DNA of 64,000 nt from a virus. A program made the translations under genes and the position numbers. Shown piece after piece: positions 56,201-63,278 of the stretch. Each line of letters begins with the position of its first letter. The first letter of the stretch is position 1. The notes under the pieces were generated by a model. The model saw only the letters and a program-made list of their open reading frames with translations. It was not told the DNA's origin and ran no database searches. Location: positions 32,798-96,797 of the IMG/VR virus record IMGVR_UViG_3300034066_001346. One strand, given 5' to 3'.

Positions 56201-58447
56201 TGCGCCAGTCATTGCGTGCCACTTTGCTGCTTCTCCTGCAACTATTCCAGTAGAAACACCCTTTATTGCAGATACTCCAGCAACCTTTGGCAGGTCTGAG
56301 CTCATGTACATCTGCGGATTATTGCTAATCGCATTGTTTACTTTAGGTGCTCCTGGAACAATTCCAAATATAGTCTGGGCTTCTCTTTCAGCTGGGGTCA
56401 TAGCTGAAACAGGATTTGGGTGAGAATAAGCTCTTGTATCCCTTGGAGAGATGTATCTACTTGTAGGATCTACTTCTCTTATAGCTGTGCCAGTCATAAC
56501 AACTTGACCAGCAACAGTTGAAATTGTAGGAGCTGCGCTTACGCCAGAATTTGCTCTTGCCTGCAATATTCTAAATTCTTCATTTAAGTTATGTAGTGCT
56601 GTAGATAAAACCGTAGCTGCTTTTGCATCACTATAGAATGTTGTTTCTAATAGGTTACCAGCTTTGTTGGCAGCTAAAATTTCTGGAGTTAATAATTTCC
56701 ATCCTTCTCCGCCTTTAAATAACGCTCTAAAGTGTGCAGCACCTTTAACAACATACCCAAGGAAGTTTGCAAGCACACCAGTTAACATAATTATTGGGCC
56801 AGTTAATGCTGTAAATCCTGCCGCAAATGTTAATAGTTTTTTGATTGGGTCTGGCAGCTTGTTAGCAAATTGAACTACCTTGTCGATAATATTTATAAAA
56901 AATGTTCCGATGTTTAAGAACTGCTCTCCTACTCCAGCTAAGCTGGCCTTTAAAGATTCTAGCGCTCTCTTATATTTACCAGATGCAGACTCTGTAATCT
57001 GAGTTAATTCTCGGTTAGCAATATTGGCTAAATCTTGTGTACTAGTTTTCATTAAGTCTAGTACTTGTAATGTCTGACTTCCTTCTTTACCTAAGTTTTC
57101 AAATAAGGCAGATAGTCTTGCAAACTGAAATTTTCCAAAAAGCTGCTCAATCGCCTTTGATTTACTTAATGGGTCAAGTTTGTCTAGAGCAGATTGAAGC
57201 TCTAACATCATTCCAGTTAAATTGCCAGCATTTGAAGTAACTATATTTTCAAGATCTATTCCAAATCCTTGGAACATTTCTTTAGCTACCTTGGTTGGGT
57301 TAATAAGGGATGCTAATGAGGACTTGATTGCATTTGCACCTTCAGATGCATTTACTCCGCCCTCTTTCATTGCAGTTAAATATAATGCTAAATCTTGGAC
57401 TGATCCGCCAAGACTTTGAATTACTGGTCCTGCTTTTGGAATCGCTTCTACTAAATCTGCAAGAGATGTGGATGTCTGGTTTTCAACTGCGTTTAAAAAG
57501 TTAATTGATTCAGAAAGTTCTGTTGTATTTTGCTTAAAAGCTGTCTGAATTGCAAGTGTGGCTTTCATTGCTTCTTGCCTATCAACTTCACCAAGTATGG
57601 AAAGTCTTGTAGTTTCTTGAGTTGATCTGATTAGATCATCTCCCTGCTTTCCTGTTGCAGCAATATCCGCAGCTAGTGCGATTGTTTCTTTGTAAGAAGC
57701 TCCGTAAGCAGCTGCTAATTCTCTTGCTGTGGCAGAAACTTCTTTTCTTACTTTTGCTAACTCTGTTGCAGAAGTTTGTGCTACCCCACCATAAACTTTT
57801 GTTAATCTTACAAGTTGCTCGTCTGCTTCTCTAAATGCTTTTGATGCAGCAATCCCAAAAGCTGTTATTGGTACGGTTAGTCCTACAGTTAACTGGCGTC
57901 CTGCCCACTGAGTATTTTTACCCCAGTTAATTAGTTGGACTCCGCCATCTTGAATAACTTTATTAAATATCTGCATCTCTTGCTTGAGAAGAGCTGTTCT
58001 ATTTTTAGTAGCATCCAGACCTCTTGGTATCTGAACGTTAAACTGCATTAAGCCTTCGGCATTTCTACCTAGGGGCTGAAGTATTGCATTTTGTAATTGA
58101 ACTTGCTGTCTTGCTAACTCCCTAATCATTCCACCAGAAGTTCTAGTGTGATCTTGGAATGTTCTATAGTAATCTTTAAGCTTAAGTCTTCCCTGATCTA
58201 AGTTTTTACCAAATTTTTCTACATCAGAAGAAAGACTTACGAAGTGGGTTGAGAACTGACCAGTGCTTCTAAGTGTTGCTGAAAAGCCTTGCTGTATCTT
58301 TGCTGCATCCATCGCAAGTGCTTTGTTCGTTGTTGCTAAAGCACCTTTTAATTGAGCGAGCTCTGCCGTAGCCTTTTGCACATTAGCAATAAGACTTGAG
58401 AAATTAGCATTAGCTACTATATTCGTAACTATTGTCTCATTGGCCAT
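47210..58447 (-). CDS. Tape measure protein with embedded ADP-ribosyltransferase, CHAP and LysM domains
   Basis: TP901-type TMP core in the N-terminal ~600 aa, downstream of the chaperones. ART motifs LYRG/SSWS/SEQE; CHAP WCG/SHVG/EGNT; LysM YTVGRGDTLSAIA. Confidence 0.92.
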   Translation of the reverse strand: MANETIVTNIVANANFSSLIANVQKATAELAQLKGALATTNKALAMDAAKIQQGFSATLRSTGQFSTHFVSLSSDVEKFGKNLDQGRLKLKDYYRTFQDHTRTSGGMIRELARQQVQLQNAILQPLGRNAEGLMQFNVQIPRGLDATKNRTALLKQEMQIFNKVIQDGGVQLINWGKNTQWAGRQLTVGLTVPITAFGIAASKAFREADEQLVRLTKVYGGVAQTSATELAKVRKEVSATARELAAAYGASYKETIALAADIAATGKQGDDLIRSTQETTRLSILGEVDRQEAMKATLAIQTAFKQNTTELSESINFLNAVENQTSTSLADLVEAIPKAGPVIQSLGGSVQDLALYLTAMKEGGVNASEGANAIKSSLASLINPTKVAKEMFQGFGIDLENIVTSNAGNLTGMMLELQSALDKLDPLSKSKAIEQLFGKFQFARLSALFENLGKEGSQTLQVLDLMKTSTQDLANIANRELTQITESASGKYKRALESLKASLAGVGEQFLNIGTFFINIIDKVVQFANKLPDPIKKLLTFAAGFTALTGPIIMLTGVLANFLGYVVKGAAHFRALFKGGEGWKLLTPEILAANKAGNLLETTFYSDAKAATVLSTALHNLNEEFRILQARANSGVSAAPTISTVAGQVVMTGTAIREVDPTSRYISPRDTRAYSHPNPVSAMTPAEREAQTIFGIVPGAPKVNNAISNNPQMYMSSDLPKVAGVSAIKGVSTGIVAGEAAKWHAMTGALAMQSEAEIALLKREVAATGLITTSLSDSYQALLPQMSRITTLAATESAEIVAQLQASKITVDQARARVVALNRQIEMMMGQAATEVATAQGRTINLTQLPLVDQPAFDPVTGKANMKELTRPGRTRTLFNSIARVLGVKTYGAPYSIETTRPKRFNVGGDIESFGPNKTVVSGPSSINYDDRFGNVPLNGYVLNQQASLDPRNKDLVDAAPSTFSNSGSTMKAMLTPKETIFGPGIHRDPELYAAVDAANNGYAFGGDVSRNKKNYGLNPASLIANYLARSSMIGGGRSPGTRYWRASRNRWDTTGSNTQSVSEPGSGSIQYSSARSRSSAIYSDETNKRYGITPTKRGDVLVHAFPPAFVRRLESLGYGPEDQIPVSVLRSLGVSVPQGSKLSTLTALSTTWVKNTSKFNQRIKGDGSPARTSDGKGWKDSWREVGWQDMQSLLGKLKDIGVPEAQAQQVAELAASRLNALVERRNGLMNEAMWGQLVNSAEIGAMTRFSRNSSATPFAANLGGMIPGGNIQRGRYGYGVPSLASSAIARLTARWKPQERFRMPGYQYTLGNQDPLHGPLQIGRTMVPKDRQDDYEWTREVIYQDDRFARQNVMRQFPIGSEEERGKYILRQYMAGNYGILQTPGATELMKKLSRKFSGTLYRGLKLSKNRANPLPQNIIEAIDQARLSGDPSGLIGQEFIMRRSSWSKNRDIASLFAPGHGASADGSSILIEASVKNRNVVPASDIFPDAKFSAPFGQKVAGHNSRSEQESIFGGKFRVVGYENGTLKLETVVDGTRAMGGPVNANRPYLVGENGPEIFVPRNSGGIIPGGDIVKNRTGYGLPAIPTMPGYETPLATQMGMTPITKGSSGINPYGAKAQVFSMATAVGGGVAGQAMGGNTGFMIGSMLGQVASILPFLIKGTLTLSKVMKFAGFGLAVTSAIALGKVLLDLKKKYEDAGKANRLAFGANEKTLGEAGLSGKYKDLSTRLKDINAQLDLQRAKASASYDSNTKTGISGLTFTIKELREETARVKKEMPETLAAFNNIDSSKVNQLATSLKSQYVSMGMSVQQATNKIYALIAASNKSGQSVSAISSDSFKQITDRASAAAASVKMVSNAIVAMNGSTSKGFLEELNTGVENMINVLSTYQDSLVGSKGGEDGKTELTEADALKQTLDEIGKIKGATNEIDKKTLDGLKQQNLVYATILKNGETLQSIYAKTAIYAAGLADKINIAAMTGKEAVEFARQLAAYQGALNEVTSSTDSNNPLSALAKLYDAAKKASENAIKAQKAAAKFDADYYKDKIKSIQKVINQLEKERNTRLKLLDVQQAEADFAKSLKEEQIRYQEFLAAGDLAAAAQSQLNIKKLQEDRQRQITRESITNDYEKRIEQQNKEIERLQKIIDDAADNNATAGSAAAKKSADLATIADFRARINDIVTRNPGGNFSKSDEKLLIQIFNEMREAGGSIKKAADEMLSNYPAINQPPSQAGGKPVAMSPELQLAQALAKAVNDNKNVAFASAVDKFILAVDKFAGATSGTGSGTKEDPFKVNAATLPKVAPGGTTAAEAAPLKSKDGTITKAGLTYIINTNKYQKGKYFEVDGVKYVVESGYDAKIFPSRARKLAMGGYATNYDGGGNVSGPGTSTSDSIPAMLSDGEWVIKADSVKKAEKEFGPSFLHDLNAGRFANGGKVSKMRGGKESTLGTVDSMIKAAESMLGYKEGKNNDTIFGRFAQKAYDLQSRYIAWCGAFINWAAKNAGVDLASMIWTPGGAQSFMKSGKWTKMNPKRGDLAFMDFPGDGVNRISHVGLVRNVLSSNAVSTIEGNTSGSGSQRSGGGVHAKVRQYNMKNAPVVGFGRPSYKPVDTIKYGYGTPEYYSADDAKSDYENDRYTVGRGDTLSAIAAKYGISVKQLMEMNPQLNDPKYMGGSRIFAGTKVNIKKFAEGGKVVNSLTDSGNWIKGPLTVPRQRKPGVPYSRSGRPIGNPFGQYWGELSRFIGPRSPGMDIWGGTEIPGLKFSGSVPQHSDYMHQMLEQPRKPFASPGMGIDRDPMRLAGSGASTGGIGNGAYGLGPLMFHAGGPVGHTHSGAPHSLGMSSMGSVSAALKQKMESSSGRRSGRRRLPAGHMASNYKAPKSVAQKIYDNFLFPAILSLDRVQAAFTGTNPIASTNIEGLKSQQEKIKQQGVKSVLPEIAAQVGLDFGSFLLPAAAGNASIRGLAEGYGLSKGLPGLGSLLPKGSIPYATSAVPKFTSNAITAAIIGASRPFAENKISSMIQKPQVKISSDDFKPNNVYPPFVIHEGKNVPVHSGSGFGNDAVVFQGRTENLSSLLASHQVTDIIPTTPEGILSYILKKDPNHTKARRLLDKMDSGYQWGDREVKEFLMNMLASGSINLKKVDPQDLASPHLFGLRRPELSESLDPAGLAQLISAMRGNTRDDVAIKTKTKAISPLLTKMVQEYIENVRLQQEAVAANIARQGGPRGGLHGVRGEKPLTKKEIADLKARGWDPSYTPLTPRDIPMIRIFNDDFPSTDGKGDLFEKDAATHILSRFFGPKGLPEGTVGTLEQLAAARTSRHFGIYDAVQSHMQGEWKPDRPFIVSTLSNLMKYNGKPEQLHSVDSYFLQRFGKPFHYSKKEGELSSGFPLEESDYIAKLKELNLYKDGEEPPIIAEDFSAKEIFYLAKEKYSQSELAQILQAVNENGNLKPIARTDNAMGGSHSEEFYMPARSNYESDEYLSASRILQILAIDKAKKQIGIDEKYRYAVRGEFSSLNKEEIAEMAANLGVRFDGGHNASDIDNLAHGSGHNPFEYILNAQRAQTGDIGVGISDTQKALGALLMFTRFGKYTSGKTYADEKDLLAVQKSAVGLYARGALSEKDFMSIISDIKEQLKNVEEAAGGGFVNNGKIQIPKFANGGIVNTSFNPKMSIPGFANGGMASPTYNIPTSTVGIASNQVPGYNKGGSIHHYNAGGIVVNGAQGQDVKELANHIVNIMDARGARRQSMTGGGITV

Positions 58448-58457
58448 ATATTATATG

Positions 58458-58826
58458 TTACCCCACTTCGTATCCCAAACCTGCTCCGATTCCAAATCCA
58501 TTCTCTGCGGCAATTGATCCTTGTAGTGAAACAACATCGTCACCACTTGCATTTATTCCTAGAGCTCTTCTTTGAATATCTTCAAAAGTTGGGCCTTCTT
58601 TTTCTTCTTCGGATTCAAGGTTGATGCCTTGAAGTCCTGCTAAGAATTTTCTTTCTTTTTCTTCTTTCTTATTCATTGATTGCAAGGTTTGAATAAGTTC
58701 TGGCATTGAAAGGTTTTCTTCTAGCTGCTCATAGTTTTTCCAATGACCTAGAAGAAAAACCTCTCCAAGTAAAGCGGCTAAATCTAGTTCTGACCAGCCA
58801 GAACCGCTGCCGCTAGAAGGTTTGGG
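58458..58826 (-). CDS. Tail assembly chaperone, -1 frameshift extension (gpGT-like)
   Basis: The -1 frame is open from the slippery site through SSGSGSGWSELDLAALLGEVFLLGHWKNYEQLEENLSMPEL to the stop at 58458. Confidence 0.8.
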   Translation of the reverse strand, partial: PKPSSGSGSGWSELDLAALLGEVFLLGHWKNYEQLEENLSMPELIQTLQSMNKKEEKERKFLAGLQGINLESEEEKEGPTFEDIQRRALGINASGDDVVSLQGSIAAENGFGIGAGLGYEVG

Positions 58827-59116
58827 TCATCCATCTTTATCCCACCACATACTTCTAGAATACGATTAATTGTAGGAACATCTAATGCATCTTCTAGTGC
58901 ATCTCTATCTGCTACCAACTCTGGTAACTGCTTTTCTAATGCTACTGCACATGCATCAATAAGGATGTCTAATGTCTCATCTTCTGATGTTGTATTTGCT
59001 GTTTTTTGAATAGCGATCATAAACTTGCGAAGCTCTTTAATTGTTAAAGGCTTTAGCTTTACGGTTGCGCCATTTTGTAGTTGAATTTCTTCTACGTCAT
59101 AGATTGTAGTTGCCAA
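58784..59116 (-). CDS. Tail assembly chaperone (gpG-like)
   Basis: Between the major tail protein and the TMP; AGGAGG RBS with TTG start. Confidence 0.85.
   Translation of the reverse strand: MATTIYDVEEIQLQNGATVKLKPLTIKELRKFMIAIQKTANTTSEDETLDILIDACAVALEKQLPELVADRDALEDALDVPTINRILEVCGGIKMDDPNLLAAAVLAGQN
58820..58826 (-). other. Programmed -1 frameshift slippery heptamer C CCA AAC
   Basis: X XXY YYZ heptamer in the correct phase; the -1 frame has a TGA immediately before it and is open after it. Confidence 0.8.
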
Positions 59117-59174
59117 TTTATCCTCCTAGGATTGTCTTAATTATTATAACAAAACACCTTTACTAATACAAGCA

Positions 59175-59200
59175 GAAAGCCCCCATTTCTGGGGGCCTTC
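59175..59200 (-). terminator. Intrinsic terminator after the major tail gene
   Basis: GCCCCCA-GAAA-TGGGGGC-TTTCT. Confidence 0.8.
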
Positions 59201-59225
59201 CAATTAATTTAAATTAATTAAATTA

Positions 59226-59948
59226 TTATGCTAGTGTCCAAGTACGGTCAATAATCTTACCGTATTCCTGTCCTGCGTATGCAGAATCTCCTGATGGGAG
59301 AAGGCGGAATGTTACTGGGAATGTTGATGCTGCGTTACGAGCAAGTGAGAATTGTGACTGCTGTACAGACAAAACTCTACGTGCATAATAAACACGCTCT
59401 GAAGTTGCGCTTGTTGTAGTTGGTGCTTGGCCTACTGCAATAAGCTGGCGCTCTGTTGGAGCTGATCCAAGAGCACCTGCCTCAAGTCCTAGAACTCCAC
59501 CATTTAGTGTTGACTTTCCTTGGCCGAATACAACTAGAATATTTTCTAGAGTACCTTCTGCCATTTCTGTTGCAATCATAACTTCCATTGACTCCTTGAA
59601 CAGCTTTGCTGTGTCAAGAAGCTGATCTACTGTTACTGAACCGTATGATGGGTTGTAAGTAATCTGAAGACCATTGTTTGTGTAACCTACGTTACGGTAT
59701 GCTGCTGCATCTGTTCCACCTGCTGCATTAGTATCTAATGCATTCAGTGTTGGAATATATGATGTACCTGTGTTGAAAGCTGGTACCTTTGTAGATGGCT
59801 TGACTGCGCCATTTGCAGCTGTTCCTGCTCTTGCAACTCCTGGCTCCATGTTATCTACATAACCTGCTGCTGTTGAGTCGTCTACTGAAAGAAATAGTGG
59901 TGAAGCACCAACTAGAATATTCTTGGCATTACCTGTGTTTTGTGCCAT
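59226..59948 (-). CDS. Major tail protein
   Basis: NILVGA...VGYT..G...VDQ pattern; AGGAGG RBS; highly biased codons; position. Confidence 0.85.
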   Translation of the reverse strand: MAQNTGNAKNILVGASPLFLSVDDSTAAGYVDNMEPGVARAGTAANGAVKPSTKVPAFNTGTSYIPTLNALDTNAAGGTDAAAYRNVGYTNNGLQITYNPSYGSVTVDQLLDTAKLFKESMEVMIATEMAEGTLENILVVFGQGKSTLNGGVLGLEAGALGSAPTERQLIAVGQAPTTTSATSERVYYARRVLSVQQSQFSLARNAASTFPVTFRLLPSGDSAYAGQEYGKIIDRTWTLA

Positions 59949-60059
59949 AATTTAAAACCTCCTGTTTATAATATCAATATTAAATTGTAAAACATAATTT
60001 GGCTGGCTAGGCCAATTCCTCTAGATCCAATTTTAGTGTATAATGCCCCAAAAGGCAAA

Positions 60060-60572
60060 CTAAATGAATCGACCAGAATTATCTGTTATTCTGGAATACT
60101 TTATTTCTAGGACTACGTCTGAAGACAAAAATCCCTGAATTTCCTCAGAGGGTGATGTTGGGGATATGTCAGCAACAAATATGTTATGGAACTTAAATAG
60201 GTCTGATACTAGGTCTGAGTTTCTGACATCCCTTGCTGATTCATCCATTCTCCTAAACTCATCAATCATGAAGTTTCTTATCTCATTAATCTCTGATATG
60301 TCTGTTGAATATATGGTAAATAAAATTTGTTCACAGCATATTAGCCAATTGTCCTCATAGGACATTCCTATCTTGTCATAGACTATATGCTTCTTGCCGC
60401 TCAAGAATTGATTTAATTCCGCCGACTGCTGTACTGGAATTATAGGAATAATCTCTTTACCTATATTGTCTGAATAATAGTCACTGGCATCAAATATCTC
60501 GTAGTTTAAAAGCTGAGACCATAAAAACTTTCTTATCTCAGATGATGCATCTAATTTATAATTTGCCGTCAT
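60060..60572 (-). CDS. Tail terminator-like protein
   Basis: Position directly upstream of the major tail gene; size. Confidence 0.55.
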   Translation of the reverse strand: MTANYKLDASSEIRKFLWSQLLNYEIFDASDYYSDNIGKEIIPIIPVQQSAELNQFLSGKKHIVYDKIGMSYEDNWLICCEQILFTIYSTDISEINEIRNFMIDEFRRMDESARDVRNSDLVSDLFKFHNIFVADISPTSPSEEIQGFLSSDVVLEIKYSRITDNSGRFI

Positions 60573-61357
60573 AGCATTGAACCTCCAAATGATGAAGCCA
60601 ATGCAACGTCTGCTTGTGCCCTGACAGCATTTGGCGAAAATGAATATTGAACCTTTTTAATATTTGATGGAATTCCAAGTGCTTTTGACATTGCACCATT
60701 AAATATATTTTGAAAGCCAGATTTTTTAATTGATAAATTAACTAAATCGCTTTTAAAAAAATGTGCATATGCCATCTTAAAGGATCCAGTTGTAGCAGCC
60801 CCTCCAGGCCTTCTGACGACCACTGAGGCCCCTTTGGGCATAAAGACGGTATAACCGTTAACCTCAAATACAAGGCGCTTAGAAGCCTTTGGAGAGATTG
60901 TTATGGGGTTTCCTAGTTCCATTACAGAAGCTTTGTTTGCAAATACATAGGAGTTCTTAGATCTTTTATCTTTAGGGACTTTAGTTTTTGAAAGCTTAAA
61001 ATCATATCCTATTCTAAAGGATAGTCCGTCTGAACCCATTCTATTTAATTTAAATAGTCTTGCAGACTCTTGCCCTGTTTTTTTCCATTCATAAACATGG
61101 TGAAAGGACTTGGGCTTTGTTCTTGCCTTAGCATCTATATAATTACCAAAATCTTTATCTATCTGATTATAGATCATTGTTTGAAATTTATTCTTAAATC
61201 CAGTATTGCTCATAAGCTTTGCTATTACATTTGATTGATAATATAAAGCAGCAGATATTTGTGCAACAGTTGTATCTTGTAAGTTTGTACCTACAGTGCC
61301 AACCATTAATTTTTCTAGTCCGCTTGCGGCTTGAAGTAAAGCAACATTAGATTCCAA
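60569..61357 (-). CDS. Neck / tail completion protein
   Basis: Position; HVYEW and KASVMELG.PITI.P motifs. Confidence 0.55.
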   Translation of the reverse strand: MESNVALLQAASGLEKLMVGTVGTNLQDTTVAQISAALYYQSNVIAKLMSNTGFKNKFQTMIYNQIDKDFGNYIDAKARTKPKSFHHVYEWKKTGQESARLFKLNRMGSDGLSFRIGYDFKLSKTKVPKDKRSKNSYVFANKASVMELGNPITISPKASKRLVFEVNGYTVFMPKGASVVVRRPGGAATTGSFKMAYAHFFKSDLVNLSIKKSGFQNIFNGAMSKALGIPSNIKKVQYSFSPNAVRAQADVALASSFGGSML

Positions 61358-61775
61358 TTGTCTGATTCTCCGACCTTAGAGCCATAGAGTTATATCCAAT
61401 AACCTTTCCGAATGGGTCGGTTATAGGTGTCGTGCCAGATATCTCAAACACCGTTGGAGTGTTAGAAGGGAAATTTATTTCTGTCCATATTGGGTTATTT
61501 TTGTTATCCCTAATGTTAGTTATTTTCTCTCTAGAAGTAAGCCTGTCAGATGTTCTAATTTGTATTACCTGCTCGTTAGAATATTTATTATTAAACACCT
61601 GTTTGTCTCCAGACCTAGAGGTGCTTGAGTTTGATATGATTCCCTTTGCATGGCACTGTAGTGTTTTATAATAATGCCATTCTTTTTTGATAGCCCCAGT
61701 GTCTGGATCTTGTTCGTCAAACTGTCTGTAGACATCTAATTTCATCAAAAGAACTGCGTCTATAATTCCTTGCAT
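61347..61775 (-). CDS. Head-to-tail stopper-like protein
   Basis: Position after the adaptor; QDPDTG...W start; beta-rich. Confidence 0.6.
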   Translation of the reverse strand: MQGIIDAVLLMKLDVYRQFDEQDPDTGAIKKEWHYYKTLQCHAKGIISNSSTSRSGDKQVFNNKYSNEQVIQIRTSDRLTSREKITNIRDNKNNPIWTEINFPSNTPTVFEISGTTPITDPFGKVIGYNSMALRSENQTIGI

Positions 61776-61776
61776 T

Positions 61777-62763
61777 TTATATTACCATTGCCTGATTAAT
61801 AACATAATCTGATAAAAGCTTATCTGCATAAGAGCATCCAGTTCCAGTGTGAATATCAGAAGAGTAATCAAATTTCCAGTCAAATGTTTGAACTGACTTT
61901 AAATACTGATCTTTCCAATGTCTATCCTTGTCAAAGAAGTGGCCCATAAGCTGTATGCATGCTTGCTCAACTTCATCTGGAACGCTAGCCCAACCAAATC
62001 TTCCAGAAACTCTATACCTTGAGTTGTTTTTAAATACTCCATTAAATGAAATATCGTTTACCGTAGGTGGAACCATTCCATTTGCAGTGTATACAGTGTT
62101 GTCAGTCATAAGAGCGGTATCAACTCTTATTCCAAATCCGCTTTCTGAAACTACTGTAGAAAGACCCCAATTGTTTACTTCATTAATGTTGTCTACTAAA
62201 AGGTAATCTCCTACATGCAATGTATACAGGCTGTTAATTTTTGCTGGAAGTGGAAGAGAGTATGAGCCTGAGCCATAAACAACTTCTGTTGAGTTGTAAA
62301 GATAGAACTTCTGTCCACAATAATTTTCAATTATTTTTCTAGCGTACTTCTCTGCCATTTGAAGATCATGATAAGTTTTATATTCAGGATCAGATTGATC
62401 TGTTCCAAAATTTAAATCCTCAATTGCTTCTGCAAGATTAGCATAGGGAGTAACTACATCCGTATAAGATATATGATAAGAGCTGCTTCCACCAACCACA
62501 TATCTCCAAACCATTTTAAATTTTCTATTTCTATCAGAGTATGCCGTTGGCAATACTATCTGGTAGGTACCAAAATCATTTTCTAGTTTTGTGGCTGTAA
62601 GGTTTAGAAGAAGGCTAGTTGGGTTAATGGCTGGAAACACCAATGGGTCTTCGGTAATATCATAGACTTCAACGGAAACATTTCCGTCAGGGTCTACAAT
62701 TTCACCTGCCCAAAATATTTTAGTTTTGATTGGTGCATTACTATTAACATAAATCTCTGCCAT
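61777..62763 (-). CDS. Head-to-tail adaptor
   Basis: A..IIENYCGQKF, G.FGWASVPDEVEQA...L..Y. Confidence 0.75.
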   Translation of the reverse strand: MAEIYVNSNAPIKTKIFWAGEIVDPDGNVSVEVYDITEDPLVFPAINPTSLLLNLTATKLENDFGTYQIVLPTAYSDRNRKFKMVWRYVVGGSSSYHISYTDVVTPYANLAEAIEDLNFGTDQSDPEYKTYHDLQMAEKYARKIIENYCGQKFYLYNSTEVVYGSGSYSLPLPAKINSLYTLHVGDYLLVDNINEVNNWGLSTVVSESGFGIRVDTALMTDNTVYTANGMVPPTVNDISFNGVFKNNSRYRVSGRFGWASVPDEVEQACIQLMGHFFDKDRHWKDQYLKSVQTFDWKFDYSSDIHTGTGCSYADKLLSDYVINQAMVI

Positions 62764-62775
62764 ATTACATAGGGC

Positions 62776-63171
62776 TTAGTTGTAGTACTCTTGAACTTCC
62801 TTTGGAGTAGCTAATCTAAAACCCTCCTCCTTATCAAAAATTTCTTGTGCTGTCTTTGGATCCATTGCCACAAAAGGGTGTTCCTTTGTAAATGTGTGAC
62901 CTTGAATATCGTATCTGAAGTTAGCTCTTGTCATTCTAACAAGCACGTCGTCTTCGTCTAGTTCTTTCTTTGAATCAAATCTAGGCAAGACTTCAATCTC
63001 TTCTGAATCTTCTTCAATATCTTTAATTGTCTTCTGGTACACTGACCATGTGACGCCTTCTTCTGTGAAAGCTGCAATTATATCGTTCTTATTCTTTAAA
63101 CCTTCTGTATCAACGCCGAAATCTTCTGCGATTTTCTTTAACTCAGATACCTTTAATGTATCAAATGACAT
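62776..63171 (-). CDS. Hypothetical head-region protein with N-terminal HeH/Rho-N-like motif
   Basis: LKVSELKKIAEDFGV...KNDII. Confidence 0.7.
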   Translation of the reverse strand: MSFDTLKVSELKKIAEDFGVDTEGLKNKNDIIAAFTEEGVTWSVYQKTIKDIEEDSEEIEVLPRFDSKKELDEDDVLVRMTRANFRYDIQGHTFTKEHPFVAMDPKTAQEIFDKEEGFRLATPKEVQEYYN

Positions 63172-63221
63172 AAAATCTCCTTAGTCTAAGTTATTTAATT
63201 ATAGCATTAGTCAATTAAAAT

Positions 63222-63253
63222 GAAAAGCCCCTAAAATTAATTAGGGGCCTTTC
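63222..63253 (-). terminator. Intrinsic terminator after the major capsid gene
   Basis: GCCCCTAA...TTAGGGGC-TTTTC. Confidence 0.8.
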
Positions 63254-63278
63254 TTGCAAGTCTTCTTAATAAATTAAA

